DNA of 64,000 nt from positions 1 through 64,000 of the forward strand of contig CAUYUJ010000266.1 in assembly GCA_963575745.1 (NCBI GenBank), in the 5' to 3' direction. The number at the start of each line of letters is the position of its first letter. Positions within the stretch are counted from its first letter, which is position 1. This DNA comes from Prorocentrum cordatum (taxonomy: Eukaryota). The notes beneath the pieces are model-generated. The model saw only the letters and a list, made by a program, of their open reading frames with translations. It was not told the DNA's origin and did not search any database. The translations under genes were made by a program, and so were the position numbers. Shown here one piece after another: positions 53,293 to 64,000 of this stretch.

Positions 53293-54106
53293 TGTGTGTG
53301 TGTGTGTGTGTGCGCGTGTGCGTGTGCGTGTGCGTGTGTGTGCGTGTGCGTGTGCGTGTGCGTGTGCGTGTGCGTGTGCGTGTGCGTGTGCGCGTGCGCG
53401 TGCGCGTGCGTGTGCGCGCACACGCACGCGTGCGCGTGCGCGTGCGCGCGCGCGTGCGCGCGTGCGCGCGTGCGAACGTGCGCGCGTGCGCGCGTGCGCG
53501 CGTTGCGCGTGTGCGCGTGTGCGCGTGTGCGCGTGTGCGCGTGTGCGCGTGTGCGCGTGTGCGCGTGTGCGCGTGTGCGCGTGTGCGCGTGTGCGCGCGT
53601 GCGCGCGTGCGCGCGTGCGCGCGTGCGTGTGTGCGTGTGTGCGTGTGTGCGTGTGTGCGTGTGTGCGTGTGTGCGTGTGTGCGTGTGTGCGTGTGTGCGT
53701 GTGTGCGTGTGTGCGTGTGTGCGTGTGTGCGTGTGTGCGTGTGTGCGTGTGTGCGTGTGTGCGTGTGTGCGTGTGTGCGTGTGTGCGTGTGTGCGTGTGT
53801 GCGTGTGTGCGTGTGTGCGTGTGTGCGTGTGTGCGTGTGTGCGTGTGTGCGTGTGTGCGTGTGTGCGTGTGTGCGTGTGTGCGTGTGTGCGTGTGTGCGT
53901 GTGTGCGTGTGTGCGTGTGTGCGTGTGTGCGTGTGTGCGTGTGTGCGTGTGTGCGTGTGTGCGTGTGTGCATGTGCGTGTGTGCGTGAGTGCGTGTGTGC
54001 GTGTGTGCGTGTGTGCGTGTGTGCGTGTGTGCGTGTGTGCGTGTGTGCGTGTGCGTGTGCGTGTGCGTGTGCGTGTGCGTGTGTGTGTGTGTGTGTGCGT
54101 GTGTGT
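53293..54106. repeat. Compound (GT)/(GCGTGT)/(GTGTGCGT)n microsatellite, right flank
   Basis: Read directly. Confidence 0.97.
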
Positions 54107-55342
54107 TCCCTGTGGATGTATGCTGGCGCATCCCGCCAGCGTACCAGGCTCTTGACCGACAGCTGCTCGAAGAAAGCGTGTGTGTATGTGTGTGCGTGGG
54201 GGGAATTCTGAGAGGCTCTTCTCACGCGAGTGTGGGATTGGAGGGGGCCAGCGATTGGCAGATGGGGCGCTGGCCAACGAAGACCCTCATTTGTGAATGT
54301 GACGAAACATACCTCCAGTTTGCAGCGGTGCTTCTGCATACATGAGTGCCCGCTTTTGTATCTCTCGGTCATCGCCAGCGGCTCCCTCCAGTGCGTCATG
54401 GACACCTCCGACAATTGGTTCAACGCATCGCACAACACAGTCTAACAATCCCACCCGCCCTTTGGGCGTAGGTGGGCACACGAGCGTTCTCTCTCCTCTT
54501 CTAAAGCCCCCTTCCCTTCGGGGAGGGGTGCCCTCCCCCTCTCCTCCCAGAGGTTTTTCCGGGGGGGGCGCGATGTGTCCGAGGGTCCTTCTTCGCCCAT
54601 GATGGCTCCAAGAGGGCCTTCGATGCTCCAAGATGGTCTCCAAAGCGTCTCAAGATAGCCGAAGATGGTTCAAGATAGTTTCCGCCATACCTCCAAGAGG
54701 CCCGACGAGGGCCACAAGACGGTTCCAAGTGCTCTGGGGGCCCCTCTCAGGACCTCCCCCATAAACCCAGATCCTTCACCAGCCAAAGGAACATCCATGA
54801 CGTGTGCCTTCTCGCCTTTTGGTGGGCTGCGGCGCGCAGGGACCGCACGAAGCTCCACAGAAGCGTACGATGTGGTGGCCGTGCAGAGCTTCCTATGGTC
54901 CTTGCGCGTCGGGCGTTTGTTCCTTGCGCGTCGGCCGTTTGGTCCTTGCGCGTCGGGTGTTTGTGGTCCTTGCGCGTCGGGTGTTTGTGGTCCTTGCGCG
55001 TCTGGGCTGGGTCCTTGCGCGTCGGGCCCCAGGGCCCCGCCAGGGGCGCGCGCGCGGAGCGAGAGTGCTCCACCGCTCCGCTGGGGGTTGGGCCTGCGGA
55101 GCTCGGGCGTGGCCCCGTGGAGCCTCTGTTCGGTCACTGCGCCCGTCGAGCAGGTAGAGTCGAGCTGGAGTCGAGCTAGGTTCGAGCAGGGATCGAAGAC
55201 GGACGGACCCAGGCAGGAGAAACGTCCTTCCAGAACACGAGACCCTCCGCAGGCCGAGGCACCCCAAATCATCAGATCACTTGAGAGTACACCCCCCCAG
55301 GATGCACGAGAACGTCCAACAAGCACGAGCAAAAGCAAAGGG

Positions 55343-55959
55343 CCCAACCGTGTGCAGTTGTGAGTAACGCAGCTGTGAATATCATCTTCGGTGGAGCTCC
55401 CTACGGGGCCACGAAGCGTGGGGAGGGGGGTGCCGAAGTGGGTGGGGAGACGCATGCGGACGGTGGCCACTGGGGCCTTCGTTGGAGCTTCCGATGGGGC
55501 CGCGAACCGTGTGAGGAGTGTGCCGAAATGGGTATGCGGTGGGCGGGGAGGACGCATGCGGACGCGGCCACTGGAGCCTTCGGCGGAGCTCCCTATGGGG
55601 CCACGAACCGTGTGAGGGGTGTGCCGAGATGGGCATGCGGTGGGCGGGGAGGACGCGTGCGGACGCGGCCACTAGGGCCTTCGGTGGAGCTCCCTACAGG
55701 GCCACGAACCGTGTGAGGGGTGTGCCGGTACAGGCATGCTGTGGGCGGGGAGGGCGCATGCGGACGCGGCCACTGGGGCCTTCGGTGGAGCTCCCGATGG
55801 GGCCACGAACCGTGTGAGGGGTGTGCCAGAATGGACATGCGGAGGGCAGAGGCAAGGAGGGGGAGGAGGGAGGAGGGGGAGAAGGAAGGAAGGAAGGAGG
55901 GAACGCGGGGCGCTCCCCTCGAATCGAGGACCCAACACCACAGGATGATTGGGGAAAAA
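55343..55959 (+). mobile_element. Satellite-carrying non-autonomous element (101-bp units, terminal hairpin plus A-run)
   Basis: Same 5' leader and unit as the 22.4-kb array; ends CCCAAC...GATTGGG GAAAAA. Confidence 0.65.
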
Positions 55960-55962
55960 CAG

Positions 55963-56124
55963 CATAAACATAAACTTTTGGCACTACGCGCGGATTTCTT
56001 GGATCTGCGCTGGACCCCCCTCTCTGGCGCGCGGAGCGTGCCAGGGGCGGCGCCAGAGGCGCCGCCAGGAGGGCCCAGCGCCGTTCCAAGAAATCTGCGC
56101 GAGTGCCCAGAGCTTATGTTTATG
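55963..56124. mobile_element. MITE family C; partial copies at about 42380-42500 and 7845-7890 (inverted)
   Basis: TIR cataaacataaacttttggcact / agtgcccagagcttatgtttatg. Confidence 0.65.
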
Positions 56125-56408
56125 ATTATTTTCTCCATCGGCACGAAGAACGCGAGGGCACCCTCCCCGAACCGACCTCGGTCCCGTGCTCCAGCCCGAC
56201 CGCAGACGTGTCCGGTGGGCCCCAGGCGGGGCCACCTCCAGGCTGCAGGGCGCCAACCCCAAGGCAGGGCCCCCAGGACCAACCCCCAGGACCAACCTTC
56301 CCCGAACCGACCTCGGGCCCGCACTCCGGCCCGACCGCAGGATCCGCCCCGCGGGCCCCTGGCAGGGCCCTCCAGGACCAGCCCCCAGGCTGCAAAGGCG
56401 CCGCCCGC

Positions 56409-56455
56409 CTGCTCCGCGACCGAGAGCGCCGCCGGGAGCTCGATCTCTTGCTGGC
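56409..56455 (-). CDS. Host gene exon 2 (ASKRSSSRRRSRSRS), RS-rich
   Basis: ag|G acceptor, AG|GC donor, 47 bp, phase 0 to 2. Confidence 0.65.
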
Positions 56456-58677
56456 CTCGGCGTCGGCGGGCGCCGTGCCCCGCACGCTCCTCCTCCTCCT
56501 CCTCCTCCTCCTCCTCCTCCTCCTCCTCCTCCTCCTCCTCCTCCTCCTCCACCTCCACCTCCACCTCCACCTCCACCACCACCACCACCACCACCTCCTC
56601 CCCCCCTCTCCCCCGAGGCCGGCCGTTCGGTCCCGGCGACGGTTCCGCCACTCGCGGCCTTCACATCGGGCGTTGCTGGAAGTGATCCTGCCCCAAAACG
56701 CGTCCCCAGCTTTTCGCGCCCTGTTGGGGCCGATGGGGCCCTCCAGGCATGGTGCAGGGTGCTCTGGAGGCCATCTGGGCCTCCGCGGAAATCCTAGGGG
56801 CACCTCGGGCCAGGGACACCTTTGGCAACATCCAGCTTCGGCGATCTAGCTCCCATCCTGAAAGCAGCAACAGGCTAAGTTTGAGAACTGCAGGAACCCT
56901 TCATTACTACAAGGTCGGAGGTTCGCCACGTGCCGTCTTACACTGCACTGGAACGAGAAGGAGAGGGAGAGAGAGAGAGAGAACAAACAAAAAACGAGAG
57001 AGAAAGAGAAAGACAGGAATCCGCCGACCCTGTCGGCGTCTGTGAGGGGCTTCTCCGATCGAGTCGTCGCCGCCGCTGCTCGTGAACCGTTGGCGCCGTC
57101 GTCCTCTTTCCCTGCCCTCGCCTCCCCGTGCCCGCCGCCGCCCCAACCGCTCTCCGTGCCCGGGCCCTCCTCCGCGGGCGCGCCGGCCCAAGTGCGAGAA
57201 ACGTCGTGGTAGACTCGAAGGGAAGCCACTTCCCTTCTTTCTAAAATAATCAACCCCCTTCCCATTGATCCCTTTGATCCCTTTGATCAGGGGGAATGGA
57301 AGGGAAGCCCCTTCCCATCCCTCTGATCCAATTCGAAGGAAAGGGGTCAAAAGGAAGGGAAGCCCCTTCCCTTTGATCCATTCCCTGGGGGGGGGGGTCT
57401 CGGGGGGGGGGGGGGGTCCTGGGGGGGTTCCCGGGTCAGATACGACTCCCCCCGCGGGGTGTCCTGGAGCCCAGAGAGCCCAAGACGAGCCAGGAGTGCC
57501 CAACGAGGCCCCCAACACGGTCCAAGAGGGCTTCGAATCGCCGAACGATCTGTCCAAGACGCCTTCACGGCCTCCAGACGGCCCATGAGTCCTGCAAGAC
57601 TTCCCAAGAAGCCTCCAGGAGCATTACCAAGAGGGCCCCAAAAGAAAACTCATTGATTCCCTAAAGATTTATGAAGCATTTCGGCGTTCTCGCCTCTTCC
57701 AACTCCAGACGCTCCCAGACGTCCCAAGAGGCCTCAGATCCTTCCAAGACAGTCGAAGAGGCCTCCAGGAGAGACCCCAACCGGCCCAAGAAAGTCCCCA
57801 GACGGCCCAAGACGCCTCCAAAACAGCCCACGAGGCCCCCCAGACGGCTCCAAGAGCATGCCCAGATGAGAAACCAGAACGGACATTTCGTGCCCTCGGC
57901 CCCGAGAGGCTCCCAAGAGGGAGGGTGCGCCGCTGGATCTCCCCAAGGGAGGGAGGGGGGACCCCCCCCCCCCTTGAAGGGGGGATGGGGGGGGGGGGTT
58001 CTGGACCCCCCCACCCCACCCCTTTAGTGTATTCAGGGAGATCCACTGGCGCACTTTCCCCAAGAGGCCCAAGAGACTCCCAGGACGCCCCCAGTTCCCC
58101 AGGAATCCCAAAGCTCTCTGGAGGCGCCTAAAGGGTCCTCCTGCTCCTCCTCCTCCTCCTCCTCCTCGTCGTCGTTGTCGTCGTCATATTCAGGGTCAGC
58201 GGCACTGGCTGTAAGGCTTTCTCAAAGGGAGGGAGGGAGAGAGAGAGAGAGAGAGAGCGAGAGAAACATGGATTAAAGAGAGAGAGAGAGAGAGAGAACG
58301 AGAGAGAGAGAGAGGGAGAGAGAGAGAAAGAGGAACCAACAAAGAAAAAAAAACAGAGGGAGAGAGAGAGAGAGAGATATGGAGAAAGAAACAGAAAAAG
58401 AACAAGTGTGAGAGAGAGGCACAACAAAAGAAGACACACGAGAGAGAGAGAGAGCTCTCAGAGAAGGAGAAGGAGGGATAAGGAGGTGGACGCTGCTACG
58501 ACACAAAATGCGAATCTGCTAAAATACACGTTTTCCTCCGGGAATGGGACGATGTTTGCCTCTTTTGGGGCTCCCCTGAAGGCCTCTCGACATGTCTTTG
58601 GGGCCTCTTGAGCCGTCTTGGGGGACCTCTCGGGCCGTCTTGAGGCCGTCTTGCGCTGCCCTGGGGCCCTCCTGCGC

Positions 58678-58734
58678 CTCTCCGACCACTTCTCTGATCG
58701 CGTCGAGCTCGCTGGCGAGGCGCGGCAGGGCGCC
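58678..58734 (-). CDS. Host gene, first exon visible in the window (GALPRLASELDAIREVVGE)
   Basis: cccag|G acceptor, AG|GC donor, 57 bp, phase 0 to 0. The gene probably starts further upstream (higher coordinates). Confidence 0.6.
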
Positions 58735-58884
58735 CTGGGAGGCGCGGCAGGGCTGGGGGGCCTTTTTTTTCCAAGGGCGTCCAGGGGGCCCCAAAGTTCT
58801 GGATCCAGGGGGTCCCGTTGTGGGGGGGGATGGTTCTTCACGCCTCCCAGGCTTTGGACACGTTTTAGGAAGAAGCCACTCGAT

Positions 58885-59047
58885 GTGTGTAGATGTATAC
58901 GATATGTAAACATACGTGTAATAACATACATGTGTATATGTATACATATGCATGCATGCATGCATGCATACGTATGTACATAATTACATACAGGTAGGCA
59001 GACAGGCAGACAGGCAGACAGGCAGACAGGCAGACAGGCAGACAGGC

Positions 59048-59078
<31 letters not shown>

Positions 59079-59175
59079 AACACAGACAGACAAACAGACA
59101 GACAGACAGAAAGACAGACAGACAGACAGACAGACAGACTGACAGACAGACAGACAGACAAACATGCACACATAT
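58885..59175. repeat. (CATA/TG)-type then (CAGA)n microsatellite
   Basis: Read directly. Confidence 0.9.
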
Positions 59176-60494
59176 CCGCTTGACCCTCCGGGGGCGCAAT
59201 GCTGCGAAGGTGTGCGCGGTCTGCTGTCATGTGTTATGCGTTGTCATTTGTTATTTGGCCTTTTGTAACTCCAGTCCTGCTTCCTGCCTCCTGAGGACTG
59301 TCTGACACGGCGCCCCGCCGCGCCACCAAACAGCCAACGGGGGGGGAACCTCAAATATAGGCTGCTCCGGACCACCCCAAGGTCTCATGGTGACACCACC
59401 GCGCGGCCAGAACGGCCCGAGAGACCTCCAAGATTGCCCGAAGAGGCTCCGAAGAGAGCCTCAGGAGGCCAAGACGCCCCAACATGGCCCCAACACGATG
59501 GCCCCAAGACGGCCAAGATGCTCCCAAGACGGCCCAAAAGGCCTCCCAAGAGGGCCCCACGAAACAACAATCAACGATTTGCCTTACGTTTTTTGACGGT
59601 TTTAGGCCTTTTCGCTGTTTCGACTTTCCGACGCTCCGAGACGGACCAAGAGGTTCCCAAGATCGCCCCGCGACGGCCGTAGAAGCCCCCATGACGGTCC
59701 AAGAGGCCTCCAAGACGGCCCCAAGACGGTCCAAGAGGCGCCCCAGACGGCCAAAAGGACCCTAAAACGGTCCCAAGAGAGGCCCAAGAGGGAGCCCACG
59801 GACCGAAAACTCAGCCTTTCCGCCCCGAGAGGGCCCCAGGAGGCCCCAAGAAGGTCCCATGAGGCCCCAAAAGGCCCCCAAGAGGCCCCCAAGAGGTCTC
59901 ATGTTTGTTGCTCCCAGAGAGGCCCCGTTGGGTCCCAACGGTGGCCCCCCACACCGCATCGGCCATGCGGCGCTCAGCCCACCAAGGAGACCCCCAAGAA
60001 CCCCCAAATCTTGTTTCCGAGAGGCCCCAAGGAGACCCCCAGGACGCGCCAAGGAGACCCCCAAGATGACCCCAAGAGGCACCAAGGAGACCCCCAAGAG
60101 GCCCCAAGCATACCCCCGCGCAGCCGCCTGCACTAGTCATAGGGGGATCAGCGGCAGAGGGCAAAGCCCTTGAGCTATATATATATATATATATAACCAC
60201 ACACCTACACGCATCCATACAAACATACATACATGCATACATACATAAACACATACACACACAATCATACATACATACACACATGCATGGACATATGCAT
60301 ACATACGTGCATGCGCACACACATACATGTACACATACATACATGCATACATGTAGAACGTCACACGCACATACATACATACATCTACACATGCATGCAT
60401 ATGCAGCTATATACACATACATGCATGCATGCATGCATACATACACATATGCACACATACATACATGCACGCACGCGTGCACACATACACACAT

Positions 60495-60896
60495 TGACGC
60501 TGATTTCGTTGAGAATGTCGGTCATATGCTGGGTGATGTCCTTCTCTGGGATCTCCGACTCCAGTCCACCGAAGATCACCTGTAAGTCCCTGTCGCTATC
60601 CTTGTAGATCATGGTGGAAGCTTTCTTCGTGATGGTGCTCCGTAGCTCGTTCGTGTCCTCATTGTTTTGGGTGATCGTTTTGTTGATGTCGTCAACTTGC
60701 CCTTGTAGCTGCGCTGCTGCTTCCATTGCTGAAATCGCCGTGGTGGATGCTAGATTTGCGGTGTCGCGGATATCGTTGATGTCAGTCGAGTGCAGGCGCA
60801 CCATCTTGTAGAGATCAACGAGGATCTCCCTGTCCGACATCTTGGAGAGGTCGGGGTCGTTGCCCTTCTTGTGCTTGCCCCCCGGCCCTGTAGCCC

Positions 60897-60898
<2 letters not shown>
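60495..60898 (-). pseudogene. LINE ORF1-like fragment (coiled coil plus start of an RRM-like domain)
   Basis: AQLQGQVDDINKTITQNNEDTNELRSTI followed by LQVIFGGLESE; bounded by (TA)n and (CATA)n. Confidence 0.55.
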
Positions 60899-60933
<35 letters not shown>

Positions 60934-62031
60934 CATGGGAGGTTGGGGGGTGAGTGCGAGGTGAAACGGAGACCCCCCCTACCAAGAAATCGATTTCGGT
61001 TCCGGGTTCGTGTCGTGCGTGCCGTGCGTGCGGGCGAGGCGAAGCTGCGTGGGCGCGAGAGGAAATCCTCCTGGCTGGGCCGCGGCCGGACCAAATGTTC
61101 TTTCGGCGGCCGGTGGCCCGCGGTGTCCCGCTGGTGTCCCGAAATCCTCCTGTGGCTGGGCCGCGACCGGACCAAATGTTTCTCCCGCGGTGTCCCGCCA
61201 GTGTCCCGCTGGCTGGGTAGTCGAAGCCAATCTGGCGCCAATCTGGCAGGCCCAATCTGGCAAACGGGGGCAATCTGGCGAGGGAGCCAACGCGAATCCA
61301 GTCTGGCGAATAACCCAAATCATCCAGTTTGGCCGGGCCAGATTGGCCCTGGGGGCTCAATCCAATCTGACAGTCTGGCCTTCGACTACCCAGGCTGGTG
61401 TCTCGAAATCCTCCTGGGACAGCGCTTCACGACAATGTCGAGTGCGCTTCGCCGACATCGCCACATCACATCACGCTCACGTGCACAATCACACTACTCA
61501 CTAGACTCCGCCCCACAGGCATCGTCAGAACAACAATCACCACTGTTCCCCATTGCTGCCCCCCCCCAACTTCCTCATCACCCGCAGGATGGTCGTATAG
61601 GTAGATATACACTGGTAGAGACGTATCGCTTGGCGCATACCCGCCTGGTAAGTAATCCAAGGGTGCGCACACAAAGCGTAGCGAAATTCCTCGCTGCCCC
61701 TGGAGTGAAAAGAGTGAACAACAGGACATGACATTGATATTTTCCGACGGAGACGCATCAGCCTGGCGCGCACTTATCTGGTCGATTGTCCAAGGATGTG
61801 CGCGCAAGGTGGAGAGGCCAGCTCTTGGAAGTGAAGAAATGCATCAAATTCACTTGGCTGGCCGCAGGCGGACCACCTGCAAGCTAGCAGTGCAGCCTGA
61901 CGCGCCTTGGCGCGAGCGGCACACATACTGAGGCGCGAGCGACACACATACTAGCCTGATGATACAGGCTCCGCGTCGTGCTAAACACGGTGCGCCGACT
62001 CGTGCTCATCGATCTCCGCGCCCTGCTCCGA

Positions 62032-63718
62032 CTAGTTGACCTCAACCTCCGCGTTGTGAATGCCGCGCTGGGGTGTTGGGCCCCTGCCGCGGCCAAGACA
62101 CTCGAGCCCCACCAGGCAGCCCAGCGCGACGCCGCAGACCAAGAACAAGATCAACAAGAAGAAGATCAAGACACCAGCGAAGACTGCAATTAATCCCCAT
62201 GGCTCGGTGGTGGCTGTGGTGTTTGACGTGTCCGAACTCGTGCTCGTATCGGTGGTCGTCGTGGCCGTCTTGATGGTGATGGTAGTAGTGCTTGACGTCG
62301 CGGAACGCGTGCCCGTATCGGCGGTCGTCGTGGCCGTCTTGGTGGTCGTCGCGGTGGTCGTCTCAGTTGTTGCCTCGGTGAAGTCGAGCACGTACGCGGA
62401 GCCGGAACTGTCGCCCTGGTCGTCGTCACCATAGGCCCCCACCACCACGCGGGCCCCGTCGGAGCTCACGGCCACCGAGGAACCGAAAAAGTCGTAGGCG
62501 GCCCCATCACTCGCCACAAGCTTCAGCAGCCTCTCGCCGGTGGCCCCGTCGAGCACGTACACGGAGCCGGAACCGGAGCCCTGGTCGTCGTCACCTCTGG
62601 CCCCCACCACCACGCGGGCCCCGTCGGAGCTCACGGCCACCGAGGAACCGAACAAGTCGTCTGCAGTCCCATCACTCGCCACAAGCTTCAGCAGCCTCTC
62701 GCCGGTGGCCCCGTCGAGCACGTACACGGAGCCTGAATTGTAGCCCTGGTCGCCGTCACCACAGGCCCCCACCACCACGCGGGCCCCGTCGGAGCTCACG
62801 GCCACCGAGGAACCGAATTTGTCGAAGGCGGCCCCATCACTCGCCACAAGCTTCAGCAGCGTCACGCCGGTGGCCCCGTCGAGCACGTACACGGAGCCGG
62901 AACTGGAGCCCTGGTCGCCGTCACCATAGGCCCCCACCACCACGCGGGCCCCGTCGGAGCTCACGGCCACCGAGGAACCGAAAAAGTCGAAGTTGGCCCC
63001 ATCACTCGCCACAAGCTTCAGCAGCGTCACGCCGGTGGCCCCGTCGAGCACGTACACGGAGCCGGAATTGGTGCCCTGGTCGTCGTCACCTATGGCCCCC
63101 ACCACCACGCGGGCCCCGTCGGAGCTCACGGCCACCGACTCACCGAACCAGTCGTCTGCAGCCCCATCACTCGCCACAAGCTTCAGCAGCGTCTCGCCGG
63201 TGGCCCCGTCGAGCACGTACACGGAGCCGGACTTGTAGCCCTGGTCGTCGTCATATCTGCTCCCCACCACCACCCCGGGCCCGTTTGGAGCTCACGGCCA
63301 CCGAGTAACCGAACATGTCGATTGCAGCCCCATCACTCGCCACAAACTTCAGCAGCGTCTCGCCAGTGGCCCCGTCGAGCACGTACACGGAGCCATGAAT
63401 ATTTGACGTATAGTCTTCGTAGTAGTAGTAAACGGCCCCCACCACCACGCGGGCCCCGTCGGAGCTCACGGCCACAGACATTCCGAACCGGTCGTTGGCG
63501 ACCCCATCACCCGCCATGAGTTTGAGCAACTGCACGCCGCTGGTAGACAGGCGCCTCCCGAACTCGGCCTGCGGCTCGCGAGGGCGACCGCTCGCCGAGC
63601 CCTCCACCCTCGGGCGGGCCAGCGTCCCGCTCGCCGGCGACCCGGCGCTCGGGGCGCCGCGCGCTGCCAGCAGCAAGAGCAGCGCGCCGACGCTGTGAGA
63701 CGTGCGCAGGCGCATCAT
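62032..63718 (-). pseudogene. Intronless FG-GAP (integrin-alpha-like) 7-blade beta-propeller membrane protein, retroposed copy with one frameshift
   Basis: Signal peptide, seven ~55-aa FGxSVAVSSDGARVVVGA...GSVYV repeats (165-bp period, one of 166 bp giving a frameshift near 63280), Thr-rich stalk, TM helix. Confidence 0.9.
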
Positions 63719-63800
63719 GCCGTCTGCAGATGTGCAGCGCTGAGCGGAACGAGAGACGCCAGAGGGGAGCCCTGGGAGGCCGGCGACGGCCCCTCGAAAC

Positions 63801-63813
63801 CTTGAGCCAAAAT
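63801..63813 (-). other. Dinoflagellate spliced-leader relic
   Basis: ATTTTGGCTCAAG is the exact 3' 13 nt of the DinoSL (DCCGTAGCCATTTTGGCTCAAG), 82 nt upstream of the FG-GAP ATG on the same strand. Confidence 0.88.
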
Positions 63814-64000
63814 TGCGACCAGCCCCGATGGCTTGCCCAAGACATTCCTTGTTCGGATTCACCGTCATCATATGGTTACAGCATCATCATTGCTCTTCTC
63901 TTTTACACTGGAATTCCTTGGTGATGCTTTCCGAAGGATTCCTTGTGTGAGGCTTTAAAATATAATCCCTTCGTGGTGCTTTCCAAAGGATTTTTTTTGC

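Noticed and set aside
54290..54445. LINE C-terminal-like peptide (GDDREIQKR) on the minus strand
   Set aside because: Too short and too weak to call.

Overview
Eukaryotic, GC-rich, repeat-dense DNA, most likely dinoflagellate. Evidence: an exact 13-nt spliced-leader relic (ATTTTGGCTCAAG) and AG|G exon junctions with GC/GA/GT donors. There is no prokaryotic operon, rRNA, tRNA or CRISPR array. Three main components were found. (1) A minus-strand host gene, missed by the ORF track, of about 8 tiny exons (27-82 bp) spread over about 57 kb. They splice in frame into an RS-rich protein with an hnRNP-Q acidic-domain-like module. (2) A 6.8-kb Penelope-like retroelement (46480-53292) inside one intron. 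It has 540-bp direct terminal repeats, sits in a (GT/GCGTGT)n microsatellite, and has the GIY-YIG endonuclease upstream of the RT. It also carries a downstream RG-rich/coiled-coil ORF, a possible antisense coiled-coil ORF and a hammerhead-like motif. (3) An intronless, SL-relic-tagged, frameshifted retrocopy of a 7-blade FG-GAP membrane protein gene (62032-63718, minus). The rest is decayed LINE fragments, several MITE families, 75/90/101-bp satellites, microsatellites and two 100-N gaps. All calls are by eye; no database search was run.
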